64,000 nucleotides of DNA from Rhodospirillaceae bacterium (GCA_002713365.1 PASR01000014.1:69309-133308), one strand, 5' to 3'; numbered from the stretch's first letter, positions 49,683 through 60,327 are shown. Notes: generated from the sequence alone by a model not told the origin. Numbers and translations are program-made.

Positions 49683-50567
49683 ATGTCTCAACAAGTTAAT
49701 TTCTATAGTGATGGATTATGTTTATCTGGCGAGTTAAATTTTGCCATAGGAGTAGACAAAGCTCCTGGCGTGGTCTGCGTTCATGGATATACTGGTCGAA
49801 AAGAAACTTATATGCCGCCTTTTGTAAGAGAGTTAAATAAAGCCGGTTTTCATACATTTGATTTTTATCACCGTGGTTTTGGCAAAAGTGAGGGAACAAG
49901 ATTACTTGCTGATCCTGAGGGACAGGTTCGAGATATATTATCTGCGCTAGTGTTTCTTCGCCAATATCCTCAGATAGATGTAAATTCAGTCGCAATTATG
50001 GGCTTGAGCCATGGAGGGGCAACTACAATAAAGGCAGCGGCATTAGATGTAAATGTTAGTTGTGTAGTAACTGTTGGTGCACCAGGCAATGGTATGAGAT
50101 GGATGAAAAGCAAGAGAACAACCGAAGAATGGAAGGAATTAGAGCTAAGACTTATTGACGATCGGGTAAAACGAGTGATTGAAGGAGAATCTTTACGCGT
50201 TCCATATATAGAAATGGCGCCACCCGGACCAGCAGAACGAGCAGCGTTTAAAACTATGTATAAACCAGAAGAAACTAATTCCGAGGGTTATCCTCTAGAA
50301 AATATTGACTTAGCAGTAGAATTCAGATCCGAGGATTTTATTGGATTAATATCTCCTCGTCCAATTTTAATGATTCATGGAGTAGAAGATACTATGGTTC
50401 CTTATTCAGAAGCAGAATCATTGTATGTTAAGGCTAGCGAACCTAAAAAATTAATATCTATACCAGATATTAATCATGCTGATGTATATGAGGCCCGTAA
50501 TCCAGAAGTTTTTAACACTGTTATTATAGAAACTATAAATTGGTTTAAAAAGTATCTTTATAAGTGA
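49683..50567 (+). CDS. Alpha/beta hydrolase
   Basis: VHGYTG, GFGKSEG, GLSHGG, IHGVEDTMVP, C-terminal His. Confidence 0.88.
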   Translation: MSQQVNFYSDGLCLSGELNFAIGVDKAPGVVCVHGYTGRKETYMPPFVRELNKAGFHTFDFYHRGFGKSEGTRLLADPEGQVRDILSALVFLRQYPQIDVNSVAIMGLSHGGATTIKAAALDVNVSCVVTVGAPGNGMRWMKSKRTTEEWKELELRLIDDRVKRVIEGESLRVPYIEMAPPGPAERAAFKTMYKPEETNSEGYPLENIDLAVEFRSEDFIGLISPRPILMIHGVEDTMVPYSEAESLYVKASEPKKLISIPDINHADVYEARNPEVFNTVIIETINWFKKYLYK

Positions 50568-50618
50568 TTATTTATTATGTGATGCCATAATGATAATTTA
50601 TATCAGGGATAGGGTAAT

Positions 50619-51389
50619 ATGAATGATATATTTAAACTCCATGGTCAATTAGCGTTAGTTACTGGAGCATCTAGTGGCCTTGGCGAACATTTTGCTAAAA
50701 CACTTAGCCAAGCGGGCGCTAAAGTTTTTATAGGTGCTCGTCGCATGGAACGTCTAGAGTCATTAGCCAATAAATTAAATATTTCTGAGAAGTGTGTATT
50801 CCCTATAGGGCTAGATGTGACTGATGCTGAATCTGTGAAAAAAGTTATCCAATATATAAATGAAAATCATGGACCTATATCAATTCTAATCAATAATGCC
50901 GGTATTCCATCATCAGGCCGGGCTATTGAAATGCAAGAAGAAGAATGGGAAAGGGTTATTGATACAAACCTTAAGGGTGCATGGTTAATGGCACGAGAAG
51001 TGGGCAGCCAGATGATTGAATATAATATTTCCGGACGTATTATCAATATTGCTTCGGTGATTGGTGTTAAAACTAGTGCTAAACGAGTTCTAGCGTACTC
51101 AGTATCAAAAGCTGGATTAGTTAGTTTAACTCAGAGTTTTGCACTGGAATTGGCAGAAAAAGGTATTTGTGTGAATGCTATTGCTCCGGGATATATTGAA
51201 ACAGAGTTGAACAACGAATTTTTGCAGAGCGCAGCAGGCCAAAGAATTTCTACCCGTATTCCATTAGGACGATTTGGTGAAACAATTGACTTAGATGGAG
51301 TCTTATTAATGCTGGCAGGGCCTGCAGCAAAATATATTACAGGGTCTATCATAACAGTCGACGGTGGTTTATCCCTTTCGACACTATAA
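50619..51389 (+). CDS. SDR oxidoreductase
   Basis: TGASSGLG, NNAG, YSVSKAG, VNAIAPGYIET. Confidence 0.92.
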   Translation: MNDIFKLHGQLALVTGASSGLGEHFAKTLSQAGAKVFIGARRMERLESLANKLNISEKCVFPIGLDVTDAESVKKVIQYINENHGPISILINNAGIPSSGRAIEMQEEEWERVIDTNLKGAWLMAREVGSQMIEYNISGRIINIASVIGVKTSAKRVLAYSVSKAGLVSLTQSFALELAEKGICVNAIAPGYIETELNNEFLQSAAGQRISTRIPLGRFGETIDLDGVLLMLAGPAAKYITGSIITVDGGLSLSTL

Positions 51390-51421
51390 TAATTAAAACA
51401 ATACAATATTGAGACATTAAG

Positions 51422-52621
51422 ATGGATTTTACTTTATCGAATGAATTAGAAAATTTACGACAACGTGTTTCTAAGTTTGTCAGTGATGAAATTATGCCAG
51501 TTGAAGCTGATCCTAACAGTTTTGATGATCATGAAAATATTGCTCCGGAACCATTAAAGAAACTAAGAGAGAAAGCGAAAGCTAATGGCTTATGGTCTCC
51601 CCAAATGCCTGTCCAACGTGGAGGCTTAGGTTTAAATACAGTAGGAATGGCGGTATTTTATGAAGAGGCAGGTCGCTCTAGATTTGGACCTGTTTGTATG
51701 AATTGTGCCGCGCCTGACGACGGCAACATGATTTTATTAGAACGTTGCGCAACAGAAGAGCAAAAAGATAGATGGTTGCAGCCTATAATTGACGGTAGGG
51801 TTAGATCTTCAATTATGATGACTGAACCAGCTCCGGGTGCTGGTTCCGACCCAACCTCAATGCTCACAACAGCATCACCTAAAGGAAATGATACTTGGGT
51901 AATAGACGGACATAAGTGGTTTATTACTGGTGCGGAAGGAGCAGAGCACTTTATACTGCTTGCAAGGACTTCTGATGATACTCACCATAACTTAACAACT
52001 TTTTTGTTTCATCGCGATGACCCAGGTTGGGAGATTCTTAGACGTATTCCTATTATGGGACCTGAAGAGCATGGCGGTCATTGTGAAATTCAGTTTAGTG
52101 GCTTGGAAATACCTGATGCTAACCGATTAATGGGGGTCGGTGAGGGCATGAAATCTGTACAGATCCGTTTAGGAACGGCAAGGCTTACCCATTGCATGCG
52201 TTGGCTAGGCATGGCTAAAAGGGCAATAGAAGAATGTTTAGAGTATGTTGGAACACGTAAAAACTTTGGAATGTTATTGTCTGAGCACGAGGGTGTACAA
52301 TGGATGCTGGCTGATGCGGCTATGGATATAGAAATTGGCAGATTGATGACCATGCGTGCTGCAGCTAAGTTAGATAGTGGAGACCAGGCACGTAAAGAGG
52401 TCTCAATGGCTAAAATATTTGTTTCTGAGCTCTTACATAAGTCTATAGCAACTGCAATTCAGTTAAATGGCGCTCGAGGTTATTCCAAAGATTTACCTCT
52501 TGAATGGATGTACAGGTACGCCCCCCAGGCAAAATTAGTAGACGGCGCTTCTGAAGTCCATAAAATGGTTATTGCTAGAAACTTATTATCACAAGGCATG
52601 GACTTCTGGTCTTGGGATTAG
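51422..52621 (+). CDS. Acyl-CoA dehydrogenase family (ACAD10/11-related clade)
   Basis: NCAAPDDGNM, MTEP..GAGSDP, GHKWFIT, RLTHCMRWLG, DGASEVH. Confidence 0.92.
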   Translation: MDFTLSNELENLRQRVSKFVSDEIMPVEADPNSFDDHENIAPEPLKKLREKAKANGLWSPQMPVQRGGLGLNTVGMAVFYEEAGRSRFGPVCMNCAAPDDGNMILLERCATEEQKDRWLQPIIDGRVRSSIMMTEPAPGAGSDPTSMLTTASPKGNDTWVIDGHKWFITGAEGAEHFILLARTSDDTHHNLTTFLFHRDDPGWEILRRIPIMGPEEHGGHCEIQFSGLEIPDANRLMGVGEGMKSVQIRLGTARLTHCMRWLGMAKRAIEECLEYVGTRKNFGMLLSEHEGVQWMLADAAMDIEIGRLMTMRAAAKLDSGDQARKEVSMAKIFVSELLHKSIATAIQLNGARGYSKDLPLEWMYRYAPQAKLVDGASEVHKMVIARNLLSQGMDFWSWD

Positions 52622-52757
52622 TTTATATTAGAAATTTTTTAATAGTAACCCAACTGAAATTACCTGAGACAGAGTATAACCAGTTGAGGGGTATTCTAGT
52701 TAAAGTATCTTCATAATTTAAGCTACCAAATTATTTTATCACTTTAATCATAGAAGT

Positions 52758-53825
52758 TTAAGGTACTAGTACTACACGTCCTAATATGCGTCCTTCGTTA
52801 AGGTCATGTAGAGTTTCAGTTACACGAGACATAGATCTTTTTTCAACGGGAATGGGTGTAACTTTGCCCCCGCGTACTAGGTCCAGCAGTTCATGCATCT
52901 CACTTAAATTTCCTACATAAGATCCCCTCACTGTCATATTGCGGACAGGTAAAGTCAATGTAGGGATGGTGATTTCTCCACCGTAAAGGCCTACACAAAT
53001 GTAGCGTCCGCCCTTTCGTGTTGCTTCATACCCAAGCTTAGAAGTTTCAGTAGATCCTACAAAGTCAACAATTGCTCCTGGACCATTTCCTGTGATTTCT
53101 TTAAGCCTTTCTAATGCATCTTCTTCGGACGAATTAATTGTATGGTCGGCACCGGCCTGACGGGCTGCAGCCAATTTTTCGCCATCTATATCAACCACAA
53201 TAAGTTCGTTGTCTGGTAAGTAAGCGCGAGCAATACCTATGCCAGTTAATCCAACGCCTCCTGCACCTATGATCACAACTTTATCATCTGCTGCTAGTGG
53301 GTGAACCTTTTTTAAGGCGCCATAAGACGTTACTCCGGCACAGGCTAAAGTACAAGCATAGTGCTCAGGAATTCCATTAATATCAATGAGGTAACGGGGA
53401 TGGGCAGCCATTACATGATCTGCATAACCCCCTGGTGCGAGTACACCAAGTGTTCTCATTGAAATACAGTCGTTATCATTACCTTCCAAACAGCGAGGAC
53501 ATTCTCCACAGCCAATCCAAGGAAATACTAAACGCTTATCACCGATTTGAACCCCATCGGCATCTGGTCCTACTGCGACTACTTCTCCCACCGGTTCATG
53601 TCCCATGGTAAGTGGAAGTTTTATTCCTCGTTCCTTTATACTAATTTTTTTTCCACCACCCATGTCATAGCCGCCTTGCCAAAAATATAAGTCTGAATGA
53701 CATACTCCGCTTGCGGTTATGCGTATTAATACTTCTGTGCCTTGAGGTTCAGGGTTTTCTGTTTCAACTAATTCTAGAGGTTGGTTTATCTCTACTAATT
53801 GGTAGCTTTTCATTTTATTCTCCAC
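52758..53825 (-). CDS. Zn-dependent alcohol dehydrogenase
   Basis: GVCHSD, GHE, WIGCGECPRC, LACAGVT, GAGGVG. Confidence 0.92.
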   Translation of the reverse strand: MENKMKSYQLVEINQPLELVETENPEPQGTEVLIRITASGVCHSDLYFWQGGYDMGGGKKISIKERGIKLPLTMGHEPVGEVVAVGPDADGVQIGDKRLVFPWIGCGECPRCLEGNDNDCISMRTLGVLAPGGYADHVMAAHPRYLIDINGIPEHYACTLACAGVTSYGALKKVHPLAADDKVVIIGAGGVGLTGIGIARAYLPDNELIVVDIDGEKLAAARQAGADHTINSSEEDALERLKEITGNGPGAIVDFVGSTETSKLGYEATRKGGRYICVGLYGGEITIPTLTLPVRNMTVRGSYVGNLSEMHELLDLVRGGKVTPIPVEKRSMSRVTETLHDLNEGRILGRVVLVP

Positions 53826-53834
53826 CCAAATGTT

Positions 53835-54629
53835 TTATTCAAACTTTATTTTAATACTTCCTAGACCTGACATTTCAACTTCTATCAGGTCGCCTGGTAA
53901 TGCCCAATAGGTTGTTACTATTGAACCAAGGGTAATAAATTGTCCTGCTTTCAAATTCCTATTTCTTTCCGCTAATTTATTTGCTAGCCACGCCAAAGCT
54001 TGTAAAGGATGTCCCATAATTAATGAGCCTAAGCCTTTGCCAATGATATTTCCATTGACTTTCAAGTTACCTTCGATACTAGCTAGGTCTGTATCTTTAG
54101 AAAAATCATGTGGATGTCCAAGAACGCAGGCTGCATTGAAAAAGTTATCTGCAACCATTGTTGGTGTATCAAGTTTGCGATAGTCGAAATAGCGTGCGTC
54201 AACCAATTCAATTGATGTCATACAACTTTCTATAGCATCTATAACGCTATTTATATTGTAAGGTGTATTAGTTAATGGAAGGTCTTCACCTAGTTTAACA
54301 GCAATCTCTGCTTCAATTCCAGGTTCGACATAATCAGCATGGTTTAAATTTATAGGGCTATTATAAACTGTCGGAGAAAATATTTCGCCATAAGATGGTT
54401 CGCTTATATTCATATATTCTTGCATTACAGAAGTTGTACATCCTATTTTATAGCCAATAGGCGTGCCAAGACCCTTCTTTATTAAAATATTATTTAGATT
54501 TTCTTGTATTTTATAGGCTTCATTAAGGTCCTGTGGACGCTTTATATCGGGTAAAGGTTGTAGCCGTTTTTTTTCTAAGCGATTATTGGCAATAATAATT
54601 GCTGCTTCTGCTGCTTGCTGGTTATTCAT
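53835..54629 (-). CDS. 2-keto-4-pentenoate hydratase (MhpD)-like, FAH superfamily
   Basis: AYKIQ, GYKIGCT, IEAEIA, IELVDAR, ADN, MGHPL.ALAWLAN. Confidence 0.85.
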   Translation of the reverse strand: MNNQQAAEAAIIIANNRLEKKRLQPLPDIKRPQDLNEAYKIQENLNNILIKKGLGTPIGYKIGCTTSVMQEYMNISEPSYGEIFSPTVYNSPINLNHADYVEPGIEAEIAVKLGEDLPLTNTPYNINSVIDAIESCMTSIELVDARYFDYRKLDTPTMVADNFFNAACVLGHPHDFSKDTDLASIEGNLKVNGNIIGKGLGSLIMGHPLQALAWLANKLAERNRNLKAGQFITLGSIVTTYWALPGDLIEVEMSGLGSIKIKFE

Positions 54630-54647
54630 AATATTATTACTCTTTTT

Positions 54648-55592
54648 TTATTTAGAAAAAACTTCTTTAAGAGAATTAATAATCTGTAATAGTGCTAATG
54701 TAGCTGAATCAATTAGAGCACCGTAGTGGAAAAACCCATGGATCATACCATTGTAACATCTATATTTAACCACCCCGCCTGCATTTTTTAAAATATAACC
54801 ATAATTTTTACCGTCGTCACGTAATGGATCAAATTCAGCAGTTATTATTAAGGTACGCGGCGGGTTTGATATGTTTTTAGATAGAGCAGGGCTGTGCCGA
54901 GTGTCAATTTTATGCTGAAATTCTGGAATATATTGTTTTTGATACCACGAAATTTGTTCTCTAGTAAGAAAATATGGTTGGTCTAGAAGATTGTAGGATG
55001 GAAGGTTAAGCGCTAAATAAAAATCAGTCCAAGGGTATATTAGTATTTGAAGCGCAAAATTATATATATTATTATTACTTGCTTGCTGGGTTACCGCTGC
55101 TGCAAGGTTTCCTCCTGCACTATCTCCTCCTATAGAAATTCTTGTTGAGTCACCTTCTAAACGCGAGGTGTTATTTAATACCCAAATTACCGTGTTCCAG
55201 GCATCATCATGGGCTGTAGGAAATTTATACTCGGGTGCTAGGCGATATCGAGGTGCTACGACAATACACCCAACTTCATTAGCAATTTTACGGCACTGGG
55301 GTTCACGGCTTTCGACACTTCCCATAACGAAGCCACCTCCGTGAAAGAAAATAAATATAGGTAATTTTTTTTGAGGTTTTTTTATTGGCCAAAAAATTCT
55401 TATAGATACACTTCCTTGATCACTTTCTATAGTATGATCTTCAATCTTACCTACAGGGTCATTAGGATAATTTCTTTCTTTTATGAATTTGTCATAAGAG
55501 AATCGAGCTTCAGAAGGTTTCATCTGGTTGAGTGGAGTCGATGAGGAGTTTAATGTGTTAAGAAGGTCATGAGCTTGCGGGTGAAGGGGCAT
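54648..55592 (-). CDS. HSL-family esterase/lipase
   Basis: HGGG, YRLAPE, GDSAGG, DPLRD, HGF. Confidence 0.93.
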   Translation of the reverse strand: MPLHPQAHDLLNTLNSSSTPLNQMKPSEARFSYDKFIKERNYPNDPVGKIEDHTIESDQGSVSIRIFWPIKKPQKKLPIFIFFHGGGFVMGSVESREPQCRKIANEVGCIVVAPRYRLAPEYKFPTAHDDAWNTVIWVLNNTSRLEGDSTRISIGGDSAGGNLAAAVTQQASNNNIYNFALQILIYPWTDFYLALNLPSYNLLDQPYFLTREQISWYQKQYIPEFQHKIDTRHSPALSKNISNPPRTLIITAEFDPLRDDGKNYGYILKNAGGVVKYRCYNGMIHGFFHYGALIDSATLALLQIINSLKEVFSK

Positions 55593-55680
55593 TTTTATCT
55601 CCTAATAGAGATAAGATTGCTTTCTAAATGATAATGGTCAACAAGTTTCGAGAAAGTTATTTTAGAAAGGTACAAAGATA

Positions 55681-57741
55681 ATGCGTTTTGCGTGCGATAC
55701 GGGCGGAACATTTACTGACCTAATAGTAGAGGATGATTTAGGTGAATTGTACATGTACAAGGCAGCAACTGTACCAGAAGACCCAGTTAGTGGTGTTCTG
55801 GATGCTTTAGAATTAGCTGCTTCTGATATGTCATTAACATTGTCTAGTTTATTAGCTAAAGGCGATATTCTCATTCACGGAACTACACATGCCATCAATG
55901 CTATTATTACTAAAAATACTGCTAAAACGGCTTTTCTGACAACTGCTGGCCATCCTGATATTTTAGTCTTGCGTGAGGGCGGACGTATTGAACCTTTTAA
56001 TTTCGTTACTCCGTATCCAGAACCGTATATTTCTCGAGCCCTAACATTTGAGGTTAGCGAACGTATTGATAGCGCTGGAGAAATTCATACCCCTCTTGAT
56101 GAAGATAAAATTATAGAAATAGCCAAAGAAATTGAATCGCAGAAAGTTGAAGCAGTTGCCATATGTTTTTTATGGTCAATTTATAATCCAATTCATGAAT
56201 TAAGAGTTGGCGAGTTGCTTAGAAATTATTTACCTAACATACCTATTTCTCTGTCGCATCAATTAAACCCTGCTTTACGTGAATATCGACGAGCTTCATC
56301 GACAGCGATAGATGCATCGCTGAAACCGCTTATGGGAAAATATTTGGGTGGATTAACAGAACGCCTAGCGGTAGAAGGGTTTTGTGGTAGAACCTTAGTT
56401 CTTACGTCTCAAGGTGGCATGCTCGATGCTAGCGATTTAGCGCAAAAACCTATACACGCTATTAATTCAGGTCCGTCTATGGCTCCTATTGCTGGTCGTC
56501 ATTATGCAAGCGAGGAATCTGATTCACCTAATGTAATAATAGCTGATACAGGCGGTACAACATATGATGTTAGTCTAGTTCGACAAGGCCGCATTCCATT
56601 AACTAAAGAGACATGGATTGGTCAACCATACCGTGGACATATGACAGGTTTTCCATCAATAGACATTAAAAGTGTTGGTGCAGGAGGCGGCTCAATTGCT
56701 TGGGTTGATTCAGGGGGACTGCTCCATGTTGGTCCACAAAGCGCAGGAGCGGTGCCCGGGCCTGTATGCTATAAAGCCGGAGGTACTGAACCTACTCTTA
56801 CAGATGCTTGCCTTACATTAGGTTATTTAGATGCTAATTATTTTCTTGGGGGATCTATGCAATTAGACACCGAGGCTGCTTTTCATGCAATTAGTGATAG
56901 AGTTGCTAAACCACTTAATATATCAGTGATGGAGGCATCAGCGGCAATTGTAAGTGTCGCGACTGAGAACATGGTTCAGGCAATTACTGATATTACCGTT
57001 AATCAAGGAATTGATCCCGGAAACTCGGTATTAATTGGTGGTGGCGGTGCCGCTGGACTGAATTCTGTGTTTATTGCCCGGAGACTAGGCTGCCCAACTT
57101 TAATAATTCCAGAAACTGGGGCGGGATTAAGCGCGGCCGGAGCCTTGATGTCAGATTTGACCAATGAATATAGAGCTACTTTCTTCACTACATCAGATGA
57201 ATTTGATGTTGAAGGTGTAAATTCTATTTTGAAAGAATTATGCTTAGAATGTGAGACTTTTATTGAAGGTCCTGGCTCAGAATCATCTAAAAACGAAATT
57301 GAATATACCGTTGAGGCTCGCTATGCTTCACAAGTATGGGAAATAGAGGTTCCACTTCGTAAAGGACAGTTCTCTGAGACTGATCAATTACCTTCACTAA
57401 TAGAAGAATTTCATGAAATGCACGAACAAATCTTTGGAATACGTGACCCAGGTTCAATCATCGAATTTGTTGGTTGGACTGCAACAGCGAGATGTAAGTT
57501 AAGTATGAATAAGGGAGGTCGATTAAGAGGTAATGCAAAAAGATCAGTATCGGGTGGCCGCAAGGTTTATTTTGCTGGTATTGGAGAAGTTGAAGCTGAA
57601 CTCCATGATTTTGAAAATATGGCCTCTGATATAAAATATAAAGGACCGGCAGTTATTGAATCCCCTTTCACAACAATTGTTGCTGATGAAAAAACCAGTT
57701 TCCAACGTACCAGTAATGGTAGTTTATTACTTCAGCCGTGA
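55681..57741 (+). CDS. Hydantoinase/oxoprolinase subunit A (ATP-binding)
   Basis: DTGGTFTD, HGTT, EYRR, SGP, DTGGTTYD, GAGGGSIA, GPQSAGAVPGP. Confidence 0.93.
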   Translation: MRFACDTGGTFTDLIVEDDLGELYMYKAATVPEDPVSGVLDALELAASDMSLTLSSLLAKGDILIHGTTHAINAIITKNTAKTAFLTTAGHPDILVLREGGRIEPFNFVTPYPEPYISRALTFEVSERIDSAGEIHTPLDEDKIIEIAKEIESQKVEAVAICFLWSIYNPIHELRVGELLRNYLPNIPISLSHQLNPALREYRRASSTAIDASLKPLMGKYLGGLTERLAVEGFCGRTLVLTSQGGMLDASDLAQKPIHAINSGPSMAPIAGRHYASEESDSPNVIIADTGGTTYDVSLVRQGRIPLTKETWIGQPYRGHMTGFPSIDIKSVGAGGGSIAWVDSGGLLHVGPQSAGAVPGPVCYKAGGTEPTLTDACLTLGYLDANYFLGGSMQLDTEAAFHAISDRVAKPLNISVMEASAAIVSVATENMVQAITDITVNQGIDPGNSVLIGGGGAAGLNSVFIARRLGCPTLIIPETGAGLSAAGALMSDLTNEYRATFFTTSDEFDVEGVNSILKELCLECETFIEGPGSESSKNEIEYTVEARYASQVWEIEVPLRKGQFSETDQLPSLIEEFHEMHEQIFGIRDPGSIIEFVGWTATARCKLSMNKGGRLRGNAKRSVSGGRKVYFAGIGEVEAELHDFENMASDIKYKGPAVIESPFTTIVADEKTSFQRTSNGSLLLQP

Positions 57742-57756
57742 AGGACGAATCTAGAG

Positions 57757-59526
57757 ATGGTTAATACTGATAATACAAAGCAGTTAGATGGAGCTCAGCT
57801 TGCGATTTTAGCCAATCGTTTCGAAGGAATTTCTTCGAAAATGGGTAATACATTATTGCGTACAGGACGCTCTGGTGTTTTGAATCGAGCCAAAGATTTT
57901 TCTTGTTGTATATTAACTTCTGATCATCAATTACTCGCTGTGGCCGAAAGCTTGCCAATTCACGTGTTATCAGGACCAGATATAATGGCAGCTTCTATGG
58001 TTGATTTTCATCCAAATTTGAAGAAGGGTGATGCATTTCTTCATAATTCTCCATATCATGGATGCTCTCATCCCGCTGACCATACAATAATTATGCCAGT
58101 AATAGATGACGAAGGGGTACACCATTTTACTTTATTAGCTAAAGCACATCAGGCAGATATAGGTAATTCAATTCCTACGACCTACCATGGAACCGCAAGA
58201 GATGTATATGAGGAAGGCGCGCTAATCTTTCCTGCTGTTCAAGTTTTAAAAAATTATGAAACTATAGATGACATTATACGTATGTGTAAGATGCGAATAC
58301 GTGTTCCAGAGCAATGGTATGGGGATTTTTTAGCGATGCTTGGTTCAACACTTATTGGAGAACGAGAATTGCTAGCTCTTGGAAAAGAAGTGGGGTGGGA
58401 TACATTACATTCTTTTACTAAGCAATGGTTTGAATATTCTGAGAAACGAATGATTGATGCTGTTCGTGAAGTGCCGAAAGGAACTAAAACAGCACAGTCA
58501 ACGCATGATGCCATACCTGGTACGCCACCTGAAGGTATTACTGTGACTTCGACTGTAACAGTTGACCCTGAGTCTGCAATGATTGAGGTAGATTTACTTG
58601 ATAATGCTGATCAAATGAATTGTGGTTTAAATGTTTCGGAAGCTTGTACTCGTACTGCAGCGTATATAGGTGTTTTTAATTCGATAGATCATACGGTGCC
58701 AAAAAATGCTGGGTCTCTCGCTCGTATTAAACTTCACTTAAAAAAAGGGGGGGTTGTTGGCGTTCCACAACATCCCATTAGTTGTTCCGCTTCAACGACT
58801 AACTTGGCCGACCGTATTGTTTCTGCAACACAACGCGCCATGGCAGAACTAGGTGACGGATTTGGTATGGGGGAAGTGGGCTGCTTTTGTCCTCCATCTA
58901 CTTCTGTGGTTTCGGGTATAGATCCGCGCAGTAATAAACCCTATGTAAACCAACTTTTTCTCGGTCACACATCTGGCGCTGGGGCTCCCACCCAAGATGC
59001 TTGGCTAACTATGCTGCATGTTGGGAACGGGGGTATGTGTTTTATAGATAGTGTTGAACTCGACGAAGTGTACACACCAATACACGTGCATACTCGAAAG
59101 CTTATTCCTGATAGTGAAGGAGCTGGAAGATACAGAGGAGCTCCAGCTATTGAAGTTGAATTTGGACCGGTTAATTGCCGTATGGAGGCAGGCTTTGTAG
59201 CTGATGGAAAGATAAATGTCCCACAAGGTGCGCGCGGGGGGTGTGCTTCAAAACCGTCCGAACAACTTAAACGAAAAGTAGATTCTCAGCTAGTAATGCT
59301 TGACCAATGTTCAATCGTTTGGGTTGAGGATGGGGAGACCTTGGTATCTGTTGCACAGGGTGGAGGAGGGTATGGAGATCCCCAGACACGTGAGCCAGAG
59401 CGAGTGCGCCATGATGTATTAGAAGGTATAATTAGTCGAGAACGTGCGTACGAGGTATATGGCGTTGTAATAAACGAAACTGGTGATATCAATATGGATA
59501 AAACTGCCGCTCTACGCAGTAGTTAA
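57757..59526 (+). CDS. Hydantoinase B/oxoprolinase subunit B
   Basis: DFSC, NSPYHGCSHPAD, HQADIG, YEEG, DSEGAGRYRG, GGGGYGDP. Confidence 0.93.
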   Translation: MVNTDNTKQLDGAQLAILANRFEGISSKMGNTLLRTGRSGVLNRAKDFSCCILTSDHQLLAVAESLPIHVLSGPDIMAASMVDFHPNLKKGDAFLHNSPYHGCSHPADHTIIMPVIDDEGVHHFTLLAKAHQADIGNSIPTTYHGTARDVYEEGALIFPAVQVLKNYETIDDIIRMCKMRIRVPEQWYGDFLAMLGSTLIGERELLALGKEVGWDTLHSFTKQWFEYSEKRMIDAVREVPKGTKTAQSTHDAIPGTPPEGITVTSTVTVDPESAMIEVDLLDNADQMNCGLNVSEACTRTAAYIGVFNSIDHTVPKNAGSLARIKLHLKKGGVVGVPQHPISCSASTTNLADRIVSATQRAMAELGDGFGMGEVGCFCPPSTSVVSGIDPRSNKPYVNQLFLGHTSGAGAPTQDAWLTMLHVGNGGMCFIDSVELDEVYTPIHVHTRKLIPDSEGAGRYRGAPAIEVEFGPVNCRMEAGFVADGKINVPQGARGGCASKPSEQLKRKVDSQLVMLDQCSIVWVEDGETLVSVAQGGGGYGDPQTREPERVRHDVLEGIISRERAYEVYGVVINETGDINMDKTAALRSS

Positions 59527-59565
59527 TTATATAAAAGTGATATTTATCAATTAAGGGAGAAAATT

Positions 59566-60327
59566 ATGAGATTAGAAGGTAAGGTAGCTTTAATTAGTGG
59601 GGCATCAGTTGGTATTGGCGAAGCGATTGCGAAGCGGTTTGCTAGGGAAGGCGCTTCAGTAGCTATCAATTATAAAAGTAATGATGACAGTGCAACAAGA
59701 GTAATGAAATCAATTGAGAGCGATGGTGGCACTGCTAAGTTGTTTAAAGCAGACGTTTCGAAGGTAGCAGAAATAGAACAACTTCAGAAAAGTGTAATTG
59801 ATGAATTTGGGCGCATTGACATTTTAGTTAATAACGCTGGGGTCTTTAGAACAGTACCTGTAATGGAAACTACTGAAGAGATTTGGGATGAACAACTTAA
59901 TTTAAATCTCAGAGGTTATTTCTTTATGGTCAAAACTTTGGTTCCTCATTTTCTTGAAAATGGAGGTGGTAAGGTGATTAGTATTTCTTCAATTGCCGGA
60001 ACAGGTGCCTTTCCAAACTGCCCAGGTTATTGTGCTTCTAAGGGAGGGGTTGTTAATATGACAAAAGCTCTCGCTGCAGAATTAGGTAAAGAAAAAATTA
60101 ATGTAAATTCTATTGCTCCAGGTAATGTGGCAACCCCTTTGAATGCGCATGTGCGAGGCCCTGGAAATGAGGAATATGTTGAGTTAATGAAGACACTAAC
60201 TCCAACTGGTATCGATTTCATGGACCCTGACGATATGACAGGAGCCGCAGTTTTTCTTGCAAGTGATGATTCAAAAATGGTTCACGGTGAGACTATCCTT
60301 GTGGATGCTGGATGGTCTGTCTGGTAA
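59566..60327 (+). CDS. SDR oxidoreductase
   Basis: SGASVGIG, NNAG, YCASKGG, VNSIAPG. Confidence 0.92.
   Translation: MRLEGKVALISGASVGIGEAIAKRFAREGASVAINYKSNDDSATRVMKSIESDGGTAKLFKADVSKVAEIEQLQKSVIDEFGRIDILVNNAGVFRTVPVMETTEEIWDEQLNLNLRGYFFMVKTLVPHFLENGGGKVISISSIAGTGAFPNCPGYCASKGGVVNMTKALAAELGKEKINVNSIAPGNVATPLNAHVRGPGNEEYVELMKTLTPTGIDFMDPDDMTGAAVFLASDDSKMVHGETILVDAGWSVW

Noticed and set aside
52648-52692. CAACTG/CAGTTG inverted repeat between convergent genes
   Set aside because: Short stem with a long loop; not convincing as a terminator or ncRNA
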